Source of the DNA: Lophium mytilinum
Lineage: Eukaryota
Assembly (NCBI GenBank): GCA_010093605.1
Contig: MU004192.1
Location: 2,563-66,562, forward strand
Direction: 5' to 3'
Length of the DNA stretch: 64,000 nt
Shown: one piece after another, positions 11,953 to 23,727 of the stretch
Layout: every line of letters begins with the position of its first letter
Position numbering within the stretch: the stretch's first letter is position 1
Translations under genes and position numbers: made by a program
Notes under the pieces: generated by a model
What the model was told of the DNA's origin: nothing
What the model saw: the letters and a program-made list of their open reading frames with translations, nothing else
Databases searched by the model: none

Positions 11953-13185
11953 TTACCCAAACCTGTTTGTCCAGTCCGGCTTATACGTCCCCTCCGAATC
12001 GAAACAAAAAGAATACCAGAAAACAGCCAACGTCAACGACACCAGAAACATTGACAGAGTGAATGACGCATCATTCAATCTTATGGGAGACCTTTCCTCC
12101 TCGCGCACTGGCAAAAGCAGGGCCGACTCTTTCCAACTCTTGCCCCACGAACCTGTTGATAGCCACGTCGGTACTCTGAGTAAGAAGGCTATTGTCGCCA
12201 GGAGGATAAGACAGGCGAAGCAGGGGAAAACGGCCTCGAGATAACGAATGGCTAGGAAGCCACTATCAGAAGCAGTAAAGTCATAGATCCAACAGAAAAG
12301 CTCCCGCACTGCGCTAGTCCAACCTAGGAAACGATTGCGTATCATGTCTCGGTTTCCGTTTGGAAGCCTGGTGCTGAATGAACCCATCATCTTCAGGAAC
12401 GGGTTCAGGTAACGAGGGAGTGTAAGGGGTTGCCACTTGGCTCTGGTTTGCACCAAGAGCGAAGCTAGGAAAAAGAATGCATATCTGATGATCGAAAGGC
12501 TGATAACGTAGCCTATAAGGTACAATGCGTACGGGCTGTTGTCATCCCAGGTGTCATCGTGAATTGCCGAATGCAGAACTCTGACCCACAAGGATTGCAA
12601 GGTCCACACGGCCAAAGCAAAGTGGCCGACCAAAGCGAGCCCTCCGCAGTACCGATCAAACTGGAATGGAACGGGCTGTTCCAGAGGTGTTGTTTCCTCG
12701 ACATCTCTCATCCAGTAATCCAGGAGTGTTAGTAACTCAATCAAGAAGAAATTGGCTAAGTACATCCACGCCCAGGCTTGGGTCCACGGAACACCGGAAA
12801 AGGATTGCAGCTTGATAAACTGCGGAAGAGCACCGATCGCAAAACCCAAGGTCCACCGCGCAAACGTTGCTCTTTCTAGAGCCCGTAGCCTGGCTTTGAT
12901 GGGCTGCTCCGCCGTGACATGAACACTTTGCGGAGAATCTTCAGGTTGTACGTCGAGCGTGGCTTGGACTGCAATTTTGAAAGACCCGGAATGAATAGAG
13001 GTAAAGATCAGTCGGATGAGTACAACGACGCTATCGACAGCACAGATGATAGAAGAGCTACAGAGATATGTATGTAACTCTGGGGTGAATCCACAGAGGC
13101 GCCTGGAAGGCTGTAGCATGGTGTTCAGCGCAATCGGAGGAAGAAACCAGAAGGCGGTTTGCCACGAGACTAGCTGTTCGGCCAT
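11953..13185 (-). CDS. Hypothetical multi-pass membrane protein
   Basis: 410 aa intronless ORF with many hydrophobic helices. Confidence 0.7.
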   Translation of the reverse strand: MAEQLVSWQTAFWFLPPIALNTMLQPSRRLCGFTPELHTYLCSSSIICAVDSVVVLIRLIFTSIHSGSFKIAVQATLDVQPEDSPQSVHVTAEQPIKARLRALERATFARWTLGFAIGALPQFIKLQSFSGVPWTQAWAWMYLANFFLIELLTLLDYWMRDVEETTPLEQPVPFQFDRYCGGLALVGHFALAVWTLQSLWVRVLHSAIHDDTWDDNSPYALYLIGYVISLSIIRYAFFFLASLLVQTRAKWQPLTLPRYLNPFLKMMGSFSTRLPNGNRDMIRNRFLGWTSAVRELFCWIYDFTASDSGFLAIRYLEAVFPCFACLILLATIAFLLRVPTWLSTGSWGKSWKESALLLPVREEERSPIRLNDASFTLSMFLVSLTLAVFWYSFCFDSEGTYKPDWTNRFG

Positions 13186-13613
13186 GACTGATTCTATACG
13201 AGAGTATCTTGCTAGAATTTGGGAGAGTAATCGATCCTACCGCTAGTCAGTTATAGGGCTCCAAGCACGGCAGAAAAGAGGGCCCTTACCACAGTCGCGC
13301 AGATCTGAAGACTGCAAATTTTTAAGTCGCAGATATGTCGTAGAGCAGACGTGAAACGCTGGACTGTCCGTCTTTGACGGAATTACATTGATATCTCAAC
13401 TTGTGGGGCTGAGCATCAAGGCTGAGCATCGAGGCTGCGATGGGAGCCTTCTAAAGTTCCAAGGTTTGACATGCATGAGGCGTTCAGGGCCCAATGAGAT
13501 TCGCTGCGAAGCATGTTCACATCCCGGAGGCTCACGTCCAATTGACTCAGGTTGACGAATAACGCCAGTGCCAAACAACACCTTTCGAGTTTAGTCGGGA
13601 TGAAAGAGAAGGT

Positions 13614-15440
13614 TTATCGGAATCCCGTCGAAGGAGGTCGCTGAGTGGGGTTTGGTGGGCCTTGCACCGCTTTGTACGGATCCGGAGCATGCGTGGGGTA
13701 ATAATTCGCATGCTGAATTGGCGGATAGTGATTAGGCGGATATTGAGTAGGAGGATATTGAGTAGGCGGATATTGAGTAGGCGGGTATTGAGTAGGCGGG
13801 TATTGAGTAGGCGGATATTGAGTAGGCGGATAATGAGTAGGCGGATATTGAGTAGGCGGATAATGAGTAGGCGGATGGTGATAAGGCGGATATTGATCAG
13901 GAGCGTATTGGACTGGCGCATATTGAATTGGCGCGTATTGAACTGGCGCATGTTGAACTGGCGCATGTTGAACTGGCGCCTGTTGGGTTGGCGGCGGCGC
14001 ATCAGCGAGAACATTGAACTGAAACCAGCAATTGCCACACAAATCATCTCGGAGATATTCCGCATATGCTTCTAAGAACATAGCACCGACGTAGCTAGTG
14101 CGTTCAATCTGGTCGAGCAAAGAGTAAAAGTCTTGAAGGGTGCGGAGATTAATGTTGGGTATGTTTTCTGCCGACGGTTTCGTTGATGGCTGGCTGGCGG
14201 AGCGCAAATCTGGTTGACTGGCATTCTTGTGATCAAAGGTCAACAAGGGCGAAGAAGATGGAGGTGTAGGAAAGGGCAGGCGGTTCTCGTCGTTGGCTTC
14301 TGATCGTGGCACGTTGTCATGTGATTGCGTGGGACGCTTGGACCCGCGCTGTGGTGGTGAGATAGTTGAAAGCGGGTGAAGTGGTAATGTGGCAGAATTG
14401 GATCTACTTGCTGTGCGCATTTCATTCCACCTGGTCAGCTCGGCGACATGGCCTTCGAATATCTCAACTTGTTCCTCTGTGGCTGTTCGTGCTGCGACAA
14501 GCTTCATAATCAAGCCCAATTCTGGATTTGTCCTAGCTCGCCGTGCCAGCGCTTTGACGACTTGGTCTGGTACTGCTTGCGCGGCAGGTATAGCTAGACT
14601 TCTAGTGTGCGTAATTGGGCTGGATACTGTAGCAAGGATGCTTTTGTGGGATGCCTGGTGTGTTGAGCTGCTGGCAGCTGTTGCGGATGTTGGCTGGTAT
14701 TGCAGAGGGCCTGGGGTTTGATTGGGCATTTGGTGTGCTACGGACGCGTATGGAGTCTCATATTGGGTTGGACGTGGACAGGTCTCCACAGCCCCTTGTT
14801 GCTCCTCTGATATCGCATCAATCATAGCAACCCAAACATTCCATGATGCTTCGGTCAATTGATCCGCCTTCTCTACCAATGTCAATGCAGACTTCATCTC
14901 GAACTCGGTCTTGTATGGATGCCACTCATTTAGCCTGCTCTTTCTTCCACCCGGGCGTTGGTCCGGGTCTTCGATTGACGGATCTAGAATGCCTAACTCG
15001 TAATTGACCTCCCAATTCTTTTCCTCGTTCGTGTTCCGTTCTGCAGTAGAGACTATCCCATCAAGCCATGAGAGGCGTTCTGCGACAAGGAACAGCTTTC
15101 GTGCATGTGGTGTAGGGATACGAACAGCGAAGCACCTTGGGCATTGGAAACGGTGGGGCCTCGTTGGGTCGGGGCTGCTGTGGAGTGCCCACCAGGAGTC
15201 GTACGGCAAGAGGGTGAGAGGATAGGGGACCGAGTGGAAGTCTGTGCCAACCCTTGAGTTTGGATGGTTGTTGTGTTTGATCAAAGGCAGATAGGACTGC
15301 CAGGCGTGCTTCCTCGGTGCGGTTTGCGGGTCTTGTTCCTGGTGTTGACGCTTGCGGGGTGGTTCTTCAGTAGAGACAGACAGGCGAGGGGCTTTGGGAG
15401 GCGGCGCGTGATTCTCCCACTCCGCCCGGCGTTTTAACAT
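13614..15440 (-). CDS. Hypothetical protein with Swc3-like helical segment and C-terminal (Q/H)YPPT pentapeptide repeats
   Basis: 608 aa ORF, divergent from the SerRS gene (about 200 bp between starts). Confidence 0.7.
   Translation of the reverse strand: MLKRRAEWENHAPPPKAPRLSVSTEEPPRKRQHQEQDPQTAPRKHAWQSYLPLIKHNNHPNSRVGTDFHSVPYPLTLLPYDSWWALHSSPDPTRPHRFQCPRCFAVRIPTPHARKLFLVAERLSWLDGIVSTAERNTNEEKNWEVNYELGILDPSIEDPDQRPGGRKSRLNEWHPYKTEFEMKSALTLVEKADQLTEASWNVWVAMIDAISEEQQGAVETCPRPTQYETPYASVAHQMPNQTPGPLQYQPTSATAASSSTHQASHKSILATVSSPITHTRSLAIPAAQAVPDQVVKALARRARTNPELGLIMKLVAARTATEEQVEIFEGHVAELTRWNEMRTASRSNSATLPLHPLSTISPPQRGSKRPTQSHDNVPRSEANDENRLPFPTPPSSSPLLTFDHKNASQPDLRSASQPSTKPSAENIPNINLRTLQDFYSLLDQIERTSYVGAMFLEAYAEYLRDDLCGNCWFQFNVLADAPPPTQQAPVQHAPVQHAPVQYAPIQYAPVQYAPDQYPPYHHPPTHYPPTQYPPTHYPPTQYPPTQYPPTQYPPTQYPPTQYPPTQYPPNHYPPIQHANYYPTHAPDPYKAVQGPPNPTQRPPSTGFR
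13701..13995. repeat. 15-bp coding minisatellite (~19 units, core GAGTAGGCGGATATT)
   Basis: Tandem units visible directly. Encodes QHAPV/QYAPI/QYPPT on the minus strand. Confidence 0.95.
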
Positions 15441-15643
15441 AGCAGTCGAGGTGTTGAGGACGGTGACGACGTATCAATTGAAGCATGCTGACTGAAAGAC
15501 GACGCGATGTGACAGCTCAATACGAAATAAATTGGACGCGACTGCCAAGCTCCAAAATGCGGCAGGGGTCTCCGGAGATGGTGAAAACCGAGAGCTTCAA
15601 GCTTCCTCCCACCGAACTTCACCATCACGCCGACCGACCCACG

Positions 15644-17146
15644 ATGAAGCCTCAGTCCTCAACTTTTTTATCCTGCTCGTCCTGCCGAACATGCATCCTC
15701 CAAAACACTAGGATACCCCGAACTCGCCCTCCAACCCGCCGAACTTATGTCAGGCCATCAATTGCGCCGAAACCCCTCATCGACATCAAACATATCCGCC
15801 AGAACCCAGGCCTCTACGAACAGAACTGCATTGACCGGAACTATCAATCGCAATCAAAATCATCATGGAAGATCATAGAGCTCTTCGAGCAATGGCAAGC
15901 CCTCCAGCAGAGCGCAAGAGGGCTTCGCGAACGGAGCAATGAGATACAAAAGAGGCTGAGGGACCCGGAAATTAGCAAGCAGCCTCTAATAATAAAGGCG
16001 GCATCTTTGAAAGGGGAGCTCAATGAGTTTGAGCAGAGGGAAGCGAAGCTGCAGGAGGAGATGGATGATCTGGCGCAAGATCTACCCAACCTCAGCAGTA
16101 CATACACTCCGGTCGGCGATGTCCCTGAAGTTGTGTCACACATCAATGACCACCCCGAACCGGATTCCTCGTCGTCTGATCGAGTTTGGCGGTCGCACAT
16201 ACATATTGGCGCGGAATTAGGCTTGATGGACTTTGCTGGGGCGGCAACTTCGTCAGGGTGGGGATGGTACTATCTGCTGAATGAAGGGGCAATGCTGGAG
16301 CAAGCTCTGGTACAGTATGCTCTAAGCGTGGCGAGGAAGAAAGGGTGGAAGGTGGTGGCGCCACCTTCAATTGTCTACTCGCACATCGCAGCAGCTTGCG
16401 GATTTCAACCACGAGACCAAAATGGGGAACAGCAAGTGTATGCGCTCCAGCAAGCAGAGAAGGACGAAGCAAAACCGCCGCTGTCTCTAGCCGGAACAGC
16501 GGAGATTCCACTCGCAGCGATGAAGGCCAATCAGACTCTCGAGGACAAGGATCTGCCATTGAAGACGGTCGGAGTGAGCAGATGCTACAGGGCTGAAGCT
16601 GGAGCTCGCGGGGTGGACACCAAAGGACTGTATCGGGTGCATGAGTTCACGAAGGTGGAGATGTTTGCGTGGACGTTGCCGGACAATGTTAGCACGGAAG
16701 CCTTCACGACGGCTGGAGTCCCTTCGTCGGATGTTCTTTTTGACGAGATGCTCGCTATTCAGACGGAAATACTCACGGCTTTGGGACTGCATTGCCGAGT
16801 TCTAGAGATGCCCACGACGGACCTCGGGGCCAGTGCGACGAGGAAACGCGATATTGAAGCATTCTTTCCTTCGAGACGAGAGAAAGACGAAGGATGGGGA
16901 GAAGTAACGTCGACGTCGACGTGCACAGATTATCAGACGAGGAGACTACAAACGAGAGTACGATTGGAGAAAGAGGGTCGCAGACTGGATTTCCCATATA
17001 CCCTGAACGGAACGGCGCTTGCGGTTCCTCGAGTACTTGCTGCTATATTGGAGAACAACTGGAACGATAACGAAATGTCAGTGACGATACCCGAGGTGCT
17101 CCGGCCGTGGATGGATGGCATGGAAAAGATTCAGAGGAGGAAATAG
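15644..17146 (+). CDS. DIA4: Seryl-tRNA synthetase, probably mitochondrial (DIA4-like)
   Basis: GTAEIP, YRAEAG..GLYRVHEFTKVEMF, GEVTSTS.CTDYQTRRL, TLNGTALAVPR. Arg/Ser-rich presequence-like N-terminus from ATG 15644. Confidence 0.92.
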   Translation: MKPQSSTFLSCSSCRTCILQNTRIPRTRPPTRRTYVRPSIAPKPLIDIKHIRQNPGLYEQNCIDRNYQSQSKSSWKIIELFEQWQALQQSARGLRERSNEIQKRLRDPEISKQPLIIKAASLKGELNEFEQREAKLQEEMDDLAQDLPNLSSTYTPVGDVPEVVSHINDHPEPDSSSSDRVWRSHIHIGAELGLMDFAGAATSSGWGWYYLLNEGAMLEQALVQYALSVARKKGWKVVAPPSIVYSHIAAACGFQPRDQNGEQQVYALQQAEKDEAKPPLSLAGTAEIPLAAMKANQTLEDKDLPLKTVGVSRCYRAEAGARGVDTKGLYRVHEFTKVEMFAWTLPDNVSTEAFTTAGVPSSDVLFDEMLAIQTEILTALGLHCRVLEMPTTDLGASATRKRDIEAFFPSRREKDEGWGEVTSTSTCTDYQTRRLQTRVRLEKEGRRLDFPYTLNGTALAVPRVLAAILENNWNDNEMSVTIPEVLRPWMDGMEKIQRRK

Positions 17147-17929
17147 TGTTGTTGATACTGTGTTATATGTCCACTCTCAAATAGGAAAAGCGAATGGACA
17201 CCACTAACGACGCTACTGCTCCACACGAAAGTAATGTCACATGTGCTCACGAAATCACGGCTCCCGAAAGTCTGCTTCAAAGTCAGTTTCTATGGTCAAG
17301 TGACTTCTTGCAAGACACACACGGATCGCCCCCATGCCTCAATATTGGTCCCGCTGCCCATTGAGCACCTCGGCATGGTCGAGCAGGCTGAAGTCTCCCT
17401 TGGCATGGCTATTAGCGGGCAACGGTTGGAGTAGCTGGGGCCTCTCTGCGACCAACCACCAGCAAGTCGCCCCCCTCAGCTGCAACCATCAACGAGCCAC
17501 CCGCCACACCAGACGAGAGTCATCTTGAAACGCTCCACCACCACATCTACCACCACCCGCCATTGTTCCGCAGCAACTACTGGAGTCGAGTCCACGCGCA
17601 TCCTCAGGAACCCCCAAGCGCGCATTCTCCCTCAGCCGACACCCTCTCTCGCGGCCGATCCAGCGACCCTCCATCCCCCATACTTCCATCCCACGCCAGC
17701 GGCCCTTGCAGACGACGTGCAGCCTGCGCGAACAACAACACCCCAGCCCTCGCCGCGTGAGAGACACATTTTTCACACTCTTCTCGCTCATTCTCGCGAC
17801 CTCGAATCTCCTTTGCGCCGCCCGGTTTCGCGACTTCGCATTTTCGGATTGCACTGCCACACCTCTCATCCGAACCGCCTCGAGCTCTGACCTTTGACTC
17901 CCGCATCGCAACCTCAACACCACAATCCT

Positions 17930-19520
17930 ATGGTCTCCTACCCCGACTCTGCCCACGGCGGGGACGCCAACTCGCGCACCCTCGCCCTCCGCCAAGCTCC
18001 CTCTGTCGCCTCGTCTCGCGCCTCACACTCCGGCTCCACCGTCCGGCGGCATCGCGGCCACCGCTCACACTTCGGAGGGAGCAGTTATGCGCCGCAGAAT
18101 GAGTTTCCTGTTTTTACCCATACTGGCGATGTGGAGATCGTGGTGAAGGCTGAGAGGGGCGGGAAAGAACAGCGGTATTTGCTGCATCGCCTGATACTAG
18201 CTCAATGCTCGGGCTTCTTCGAGGCGGGAACGAGTGAGGAGTGGTCGCGGGCGCAGGGAGATGGAAACCCAAATGGAGGTAGTACGTTAGCGAGGATACC
18301 GGAGCAAAGTGGGAGCGGAGGAGGAGGGTCACAGGGGAAGAAGAGATGGAGGTATGAGTTGGATTGGGGGCAGGGCGACGATGATATTCCTATGCTTGTG
18401 CAAAAGGTTGGTGGTCTTACAATAATCTCCCTACGCCCCTCAGCCGGACACTTATTAACATGAACAGGACCCCAATACCTCCCTCTTTGGCGGATCCACC
18501 ACCGTCGCCCCACCCCCCGCGCGCAACAAACCCTCCACCCCATCCACCGGCTTCTTCCGTAGCATGGCCAATTTCTCCGCCCTGAACCTCCCTTCGTCCT
18601 CCGATAACCAGGAACCCGTCGATGAAACCCTCCGCGACTACGACAACCTCTTCCGCGTCTTTTACAATTACCCGCCCGCCCTCGACCCCATCAACATCGC
18701 AAACGCATACGTGGAATGCAAAACCCTCCTCCATCTCGCCGACATGTACGACGCCCTCGACGTCATAGGACCGCGGGTCGATCATCATTTGTTGCGGTTT
18801 CAGGGCCGCCTCTTCAAGCAAATCGCAAAATACCCGCCCTCCTACCTCAAACTCGGCTACCTCGCGCGCTCGAAGGTCATATTCAGCGAAGCCCTTACGC
18901 ACGTCGTCGGACAGTGGCCCGCTGGTCTCCCCCAGCTCCGCAATCAAACCCCCGCCGCTGTGCTGGAGCTGATTGAGGACAAAGTCGACGAGCTGGAAGA
19001 GCTCAAACAGCGGATCGAGGGCAAGCTGTTCAGGCTCACCCTTACCACAAGTCGGGGCGAACGCGTGAATCCAGGCAACGCGTGGCTGGATTGGTTGGCG
19101 ATGAGCCTGTTTAGACAGTGGGTGGCGGAGAATACGACGCCGCCGCCTGCGCCGATACTCAAATCTGCTCCGACGAACGGGGGACATTCGCGGAGTGGCT
19201 CAAGGCAACCACAGCAAGCGACCCCGGCGGCGATAAATACGGGGCAAATATTCCGTCTACTCGGGACGGGTGGGAGCGCCTACCTCCCCCGGGACGAGCT
19301 CAAGCGGTTTTTGAAGAGCACGCCTGGGTTGAGTTATGATAGGGATACGGTGAGGCGATTTGAGAGAAGCGTGGAAGAGTTGAAGCACCTTGCCAAAGAC
19401 TGCGTGAAGCCACTTATGAGGAATTTCCTAGAGTTGGATCTTGGAAGAGAAGGAGGTGGGGGCTTGCCGTATTTGACGTGCACGAAGGTTGAGGAGAGAG
19501 ACTTTCCTTGGGATGAATAG
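17930..19520 (+). CDS. Conserved fungal BTB/POZ-like domain protein; intron 18407-18467
   Basis: GDVEIVV..YLLHRLILAQCSGFFEA. A GTTGGT..CAG intron joins the two ORFs in frame. Confidence 0.8.
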
Positions 19521-20382
19521 GTGGGTACGTGGTTCTGTGTCTTTGTTAAGGGGTGTTCTGGGATTGGAGGTAAGGATGGGACTGTTTTGATACCCTTGTG
19601 CTGTATTTGCGTCGCATTCTTCCAGGGATTGAGGTTATTAGTACGCGGGAGATGAGATACGGAGATGAGACATGAGAGTAGGGCAATCATGCTGGTCATG
19701 GAATGCCTGCGGTACGAGAATGGATAATGTTATAATTCGACATTAGTTATAACCTACAAAATAACAGGCCTTGATGTGAGTTCCATCGTCCTTCATTAAG
19801 TAAACGGCCGATCTATGCACCAGCGACGGCTTCTCAAAGAATACGGTCTTGTAGTTGAATTTACAGGGTCGGGCAATGAGTCTAGATAAACTGGTATGCC
19901 ACTGCTTGGAGTACCTCCACAGATCTTCGAAGATCCGAAGGCGAAGTCGAGTTCCAAGCAGTGGAAATTGGACTGCCTCCTGACTGACTGCATGGTTAGC
20001 GGCTGGCTTAGGCCCTATGGTGATATTGAGTGAGCGGCATTGGAGCAACGTCACCTGACATCACGTTTTCCTCGCCTGTATCTTTATCCGAACCGGGGAA
20101 ACTACAACACCGCTTTGAGATCGCCAGCCAACACGCCAACCTTTACAACACTTGCTGTACACTCTTTGCTACAGGCCAGGTTTAGCTTTGCATATTTGTT
20201 CCTGCACGCTTTCCATCGCTGTAACCTGCTGACAGTGCTATAACGCACGTTCAAAACCCTTTCGTCGGGTAAGTCAATTGTTTGCACAGATCTGCGAACC
20301 TTCTCCAGCCTCATACAGCCTCTTTCAAGACAGTATGAATCTAAGCCTGACAAAAAGCTATCACAGACTCCATCTTCCAGTC

Positions 20383-21564
20383 ATGGAGCCTGCAAACGAC
20401 GGGGATGGCGTGCCTCACTTCACCGTCGTGGGTTCTGAGTTTGAGCATGACGACTCGCTCGTGGAGGTGATGTGCAAGGGGACGAAGCTTTACATCGAAA
20501 TATTCCGAAAGGATCTACGCGGCACGCCCTTGAAGAAAGAATACGATCAGAAAGTGAAGAAGCTAATCTTGATTTCCTGGAAAGACCCTGACCCGTACGA
20601 AGAAGAGGAGATCATGCAGGATTGGATGGTCACGCCCTGCCATGCTATACTCGCAGGAATCCCCGAGCCGGCGGCCACGGAAAGCGTACTCCAAACACTC
20701 TACTTCCCGCCTGTCATGCGGGCAAGACTTACCGTTGTCGGAGGCGTACTCGTGGCGCAGAAAGTTCCAAACCGACCTTGCGCGCAAGACCACTCTCGTA
20801 TGATAGCTATGGATGAAATGCCGCCCTTCGGCCGCATTCCTAGCCTAGGCGCATCTACCCTCCATCTCACCAACGACCCCCGGTACAACGATCGTGCGCC
20901 GAACAGGGTGCGGACCGCTGACAACGTCGTCCGTTTCTTCGACCCCGCTAGACGAGGCTCTTCTCAAATCCCCCGGAAGGTAGAGACAGCCTCTCGTCTC
21001 CTTGAGCTCGGCCTCTACGACCGTCTCAAAACACCCAAGATCATCGGCGTCGCCGTCTCCGACTGCGGCGAGTACGTCCTCGGACTCGTCTTCGACTTGA
21101 TTCCCACAGTCGGCTGGGACCCTAGCCTCCGCAGCTCGGAGATACACGCGCAGATTTCGGGACACGGCAAGAAGTGGGAGAGGCAAGTGGCGAATATGAT
21201 CAGGCTGCTTCACGAGCACGATGTGGTGTGGGGTGATGTGCATCCGGGCAATATTGTCATCGACAAGGACCTCGATGCTTGGATTGTGGACTTCGGTGGC
21301 GGTTTTGCGCCGCAATTCATCTACTACAAGCGCAGGGAGACGAAGGAGGGAGACTGGGAGGGCTGGAACAAGATCTTTGGAGAGTGGATTCTGGATCCGG
21401 ACGAGGAGTACAAGATGAAGACGATTCTGATTCTTCCGGGTGAGAAAACACCATGGCCGCGCCGAGAGGATGAGAGTAGTGAGGGTGGAAGTGATTGGAA
21501 CGATGGGAGTGACGGGAGTGACGGGAGTGATGGCAGTGATGGGAATGTTGAACCGGACGATTAA
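20383..21564 (+). CDS. Fungal protein-kinase-like protein (possibly a pseudokinase)
   Basis: LHEHDVVWGDVHPGNIVID..AWIVDFGGG catalytic loop and DFG. Start could also be 20335. Acidic GSD repeats at the C-terminus. Confidence 0.8.
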   Translation: MEPANDGDGVPHFTVVGSEFEHDDSLVEVMCKGTKLYIEIFRKDLRGTPLKKEYDQKVKKLILISWKDPDPYEEEEIMQDWMVTPCHAILAGIPEPAATESVLQTLYFPPVMRARLTVVGGVLVAQKVPNRPCAQDHSRMIAMDEMPPFGRIPSLGASTLHLTNDPRYNDRAPNRVRTADNVVRFFDPARRGSSQIPRKVETASRLLELGLYDRLKTPKIIGVAVSDCGEYVLGLVFDLIPTVGWDPSLRSSEIHAQISGHGKKWERQVANMIRLLHEHDVVWGDVHPGNIVIDKDLDAWIVDFGGGFAPQFIYYKRRETKEGDWEGWNKIFGEWILDPDEEYKMKTILILPGEKTPWPRREDESSEGGSDWNDGSDGSDGSDGSDGNVEPDD

Positions 21565-22007
21565 AATGGTGTAGATATGTCGTTGCTGGAATGTAGCTGT
21601 AGCGGACTACCCTCTAGAGTGTTAGTGAACATTCGTAGCGCGATGGTCACACTGGCACAAACGGTATAGTCTTACTACGTAGTCACGGATGATACAGCTC
21701 CGATATCTGGCTCAGAAACGGAAGGCTAAGCAAATTATCCACCTTATTGTCAACAAAGCTTGGCCAACTGCGAGTCTAGTAGGTCATTCACCACAAAGTC
21801 ACGTCCTCGTACTAATAGGAGCACTTTTAGGGGTTAGGCGCCGACACGGTCTGAATCATCATGGCTGTTCAAGTCACTTAAGTAATCCTTGGTAATATTT
21901 TAGACCGGCTACATTTATTGAATAAACCTTCATAGACATGTGCTCAAGACATTTACCACCCATCTAGCACGGCGATAACCACACGAACAGTAGACATTCC
22001 TTTTATT

Positions 22008-23727
22008 CTAGCTTGACTCAGAATCCGCGTCGCTTTGTCCCAATTCCTCATCTAGGCCATTGCCCAAGATCTAATATAAATTGTACCCGTCAAGCACCGA
22101 CCGACATGAAGATTCCTCACTCGACGGAGTGGAGACCCCCGTTTTGATTGGTCTGAGCCAAGGCTTGGATTCTTCTTCGACCGGTTCCTGGGGGGCGGTG
22201 CCCTTCACCTCATTCAAATGCACCTTAACGATGTCGAAGGCTAGCGTGAGCTTGGAACACCAACTCCCGTTCGCATCTTACGTCTGCAAGGCACGCCAAG
22301 CACTCGGCCTATTCCAGCGGGGAGTGCACTCAACGCGTTGACCGAAGTCCCGGCCGTGAGGGTCGAAGATGTCATTCAGGTCGTAAAAGCACGGCTCCCC
22401 TTCCACGTCGTTGGTGTCTCGTTCTCCGTCGATCAAGACCTCGCCACGCGCTTTTTGGAAGTAGCCCTCTTGACTCTCAACTGTGTCTTCTAGGTCGCGG
22501 ATGCGATGTTTAAGAACCTTTTCCCAAGAATTCCAACCAGACCCAGGCTCTTCTTTGGTAATCTGCTGGAGGTCGAAACACCGAAGTGCGTCTTCAACGG
22601 TGATATGAGGGATCGCGTTCCTTTCAAGGCCCGGACTTGACTCTCGTCATAATCCGGAAAACTGTCTTTAAACTCTTCGCTGCCAGGGATGGGATATGCT
22701 TCAAAGATAGCCTTTACTAGAGGTAGGTCGTGGCCAGGAACACGACCAATCGACGGGGGAAGTTCATCTACGTGACCCACGGGGGCTCCGAAGCCTGCTG
22801 GAGGTGAGACAAGACTCACAACACCTAACTTGAGAAACAAGACTAAAGCCTCTTCGTAATGCCGGCCTGCTCGTCCGATAAGGTCTGGGTATGACTTTCC
22901 GACTGCCGGCGTATTATCGCTCCAGACTGCTGGCCCATGTGTTTGAGTCTCCACTAGGCATTCAGGGACCAAGAACCTGCATGGATCTACCAAATGATGG
23001 AAAACGAAGTCCTCGCTGTGTTGATCCACTCCTTTTGTTCCTGTGAAGGCTCTTCGTAGATACCACCACATTTCGAGTCCGGTTCTTCAAAATCGCCGCG
23101 CTCAGCTAACGCTTTATCCTTGGAGGGCTAGCGACAGCATCTCCAGAGATCGGGGCGGATTGGGTAGCGATAGAGGTCGATCCAACAGCGGGAGAGGCGC
23201 TAGACGGGGCAGGCGCAGAGAGCTTCGCGGAGAACCTTGAAGTTTCTGCAGTTTTTGGCACCGGTAGCGCCGGGGAAGTTGCGATGCTGAAGAGTGCGAA
23301 GTAGGATCAAGCTTTAATGCTCCGATGTCAGGAATGAACAACGAGCCGATAGACTTGCCGGAGGTCGTATTGGATGCAAAGGCCGAAAATTGTGGCAGTT
23401 GCTTTAGGTCACTCGAGATTGGCCTCGGGGTGCCAAAGGCGGATAGGGCAGCAGCACTAGCGTCCGACGGCGGCTTTTTGGCACTGTCATCTGGCCTCGG
23501 GGTGCTGAAGGTGGATGCAGTAGCAGGGCCATCGAATGGTAGTGGCCACACCTTCCTCTTGGCAGGCAAAACTGAGCTTGTAGAGTTCAAAGCGGGTGGT
23601 GTAACACTACCAGAACCTTGCAGCGGCTTTTGGCCCTTGAAACTGACCTCGGGGTTTTGAAGACGCGTAGAGCAGCAGCACCAGCGCTCGTGTCATCCTC
23701 AGCCGGTGGTATAGCTGAGTCCGCCAT
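22008..23727 (-). pseudogene. Multiply frameshifted hypothetical gene
   Basis: ATG 23727 (MADSAIPP). Protein-like text appears to hop frames several times (near 23670, 22990 and 22520, among others). Intron-like GTAAGA..TAG at 22241-22281. Confidence 0.5.

Noticed and set aside
13547..14075. (IRLLN)n and (RILSR)n ORFs; CRISPR-like appearance
   Set aside because: Alternative frames of the 15-bp minisatellite. No unique spacers, and the context is eukaryotic.
15485..15643. N-terminal extension of SerRS from ATG 15485
   Set aside because: Only 44 bp from the divergent gene's start. ATG 15644 gives a plausible mitochondrial presequence.
19743..20054. FPLLGTRLRLRIFE, faint F-box-like remnant
   Set aside because: Too short and degenerate to support.
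21495..21545. 9-bp GSD-coding repeat
   Set aside because: Ordinary slippage in an acidic tail.
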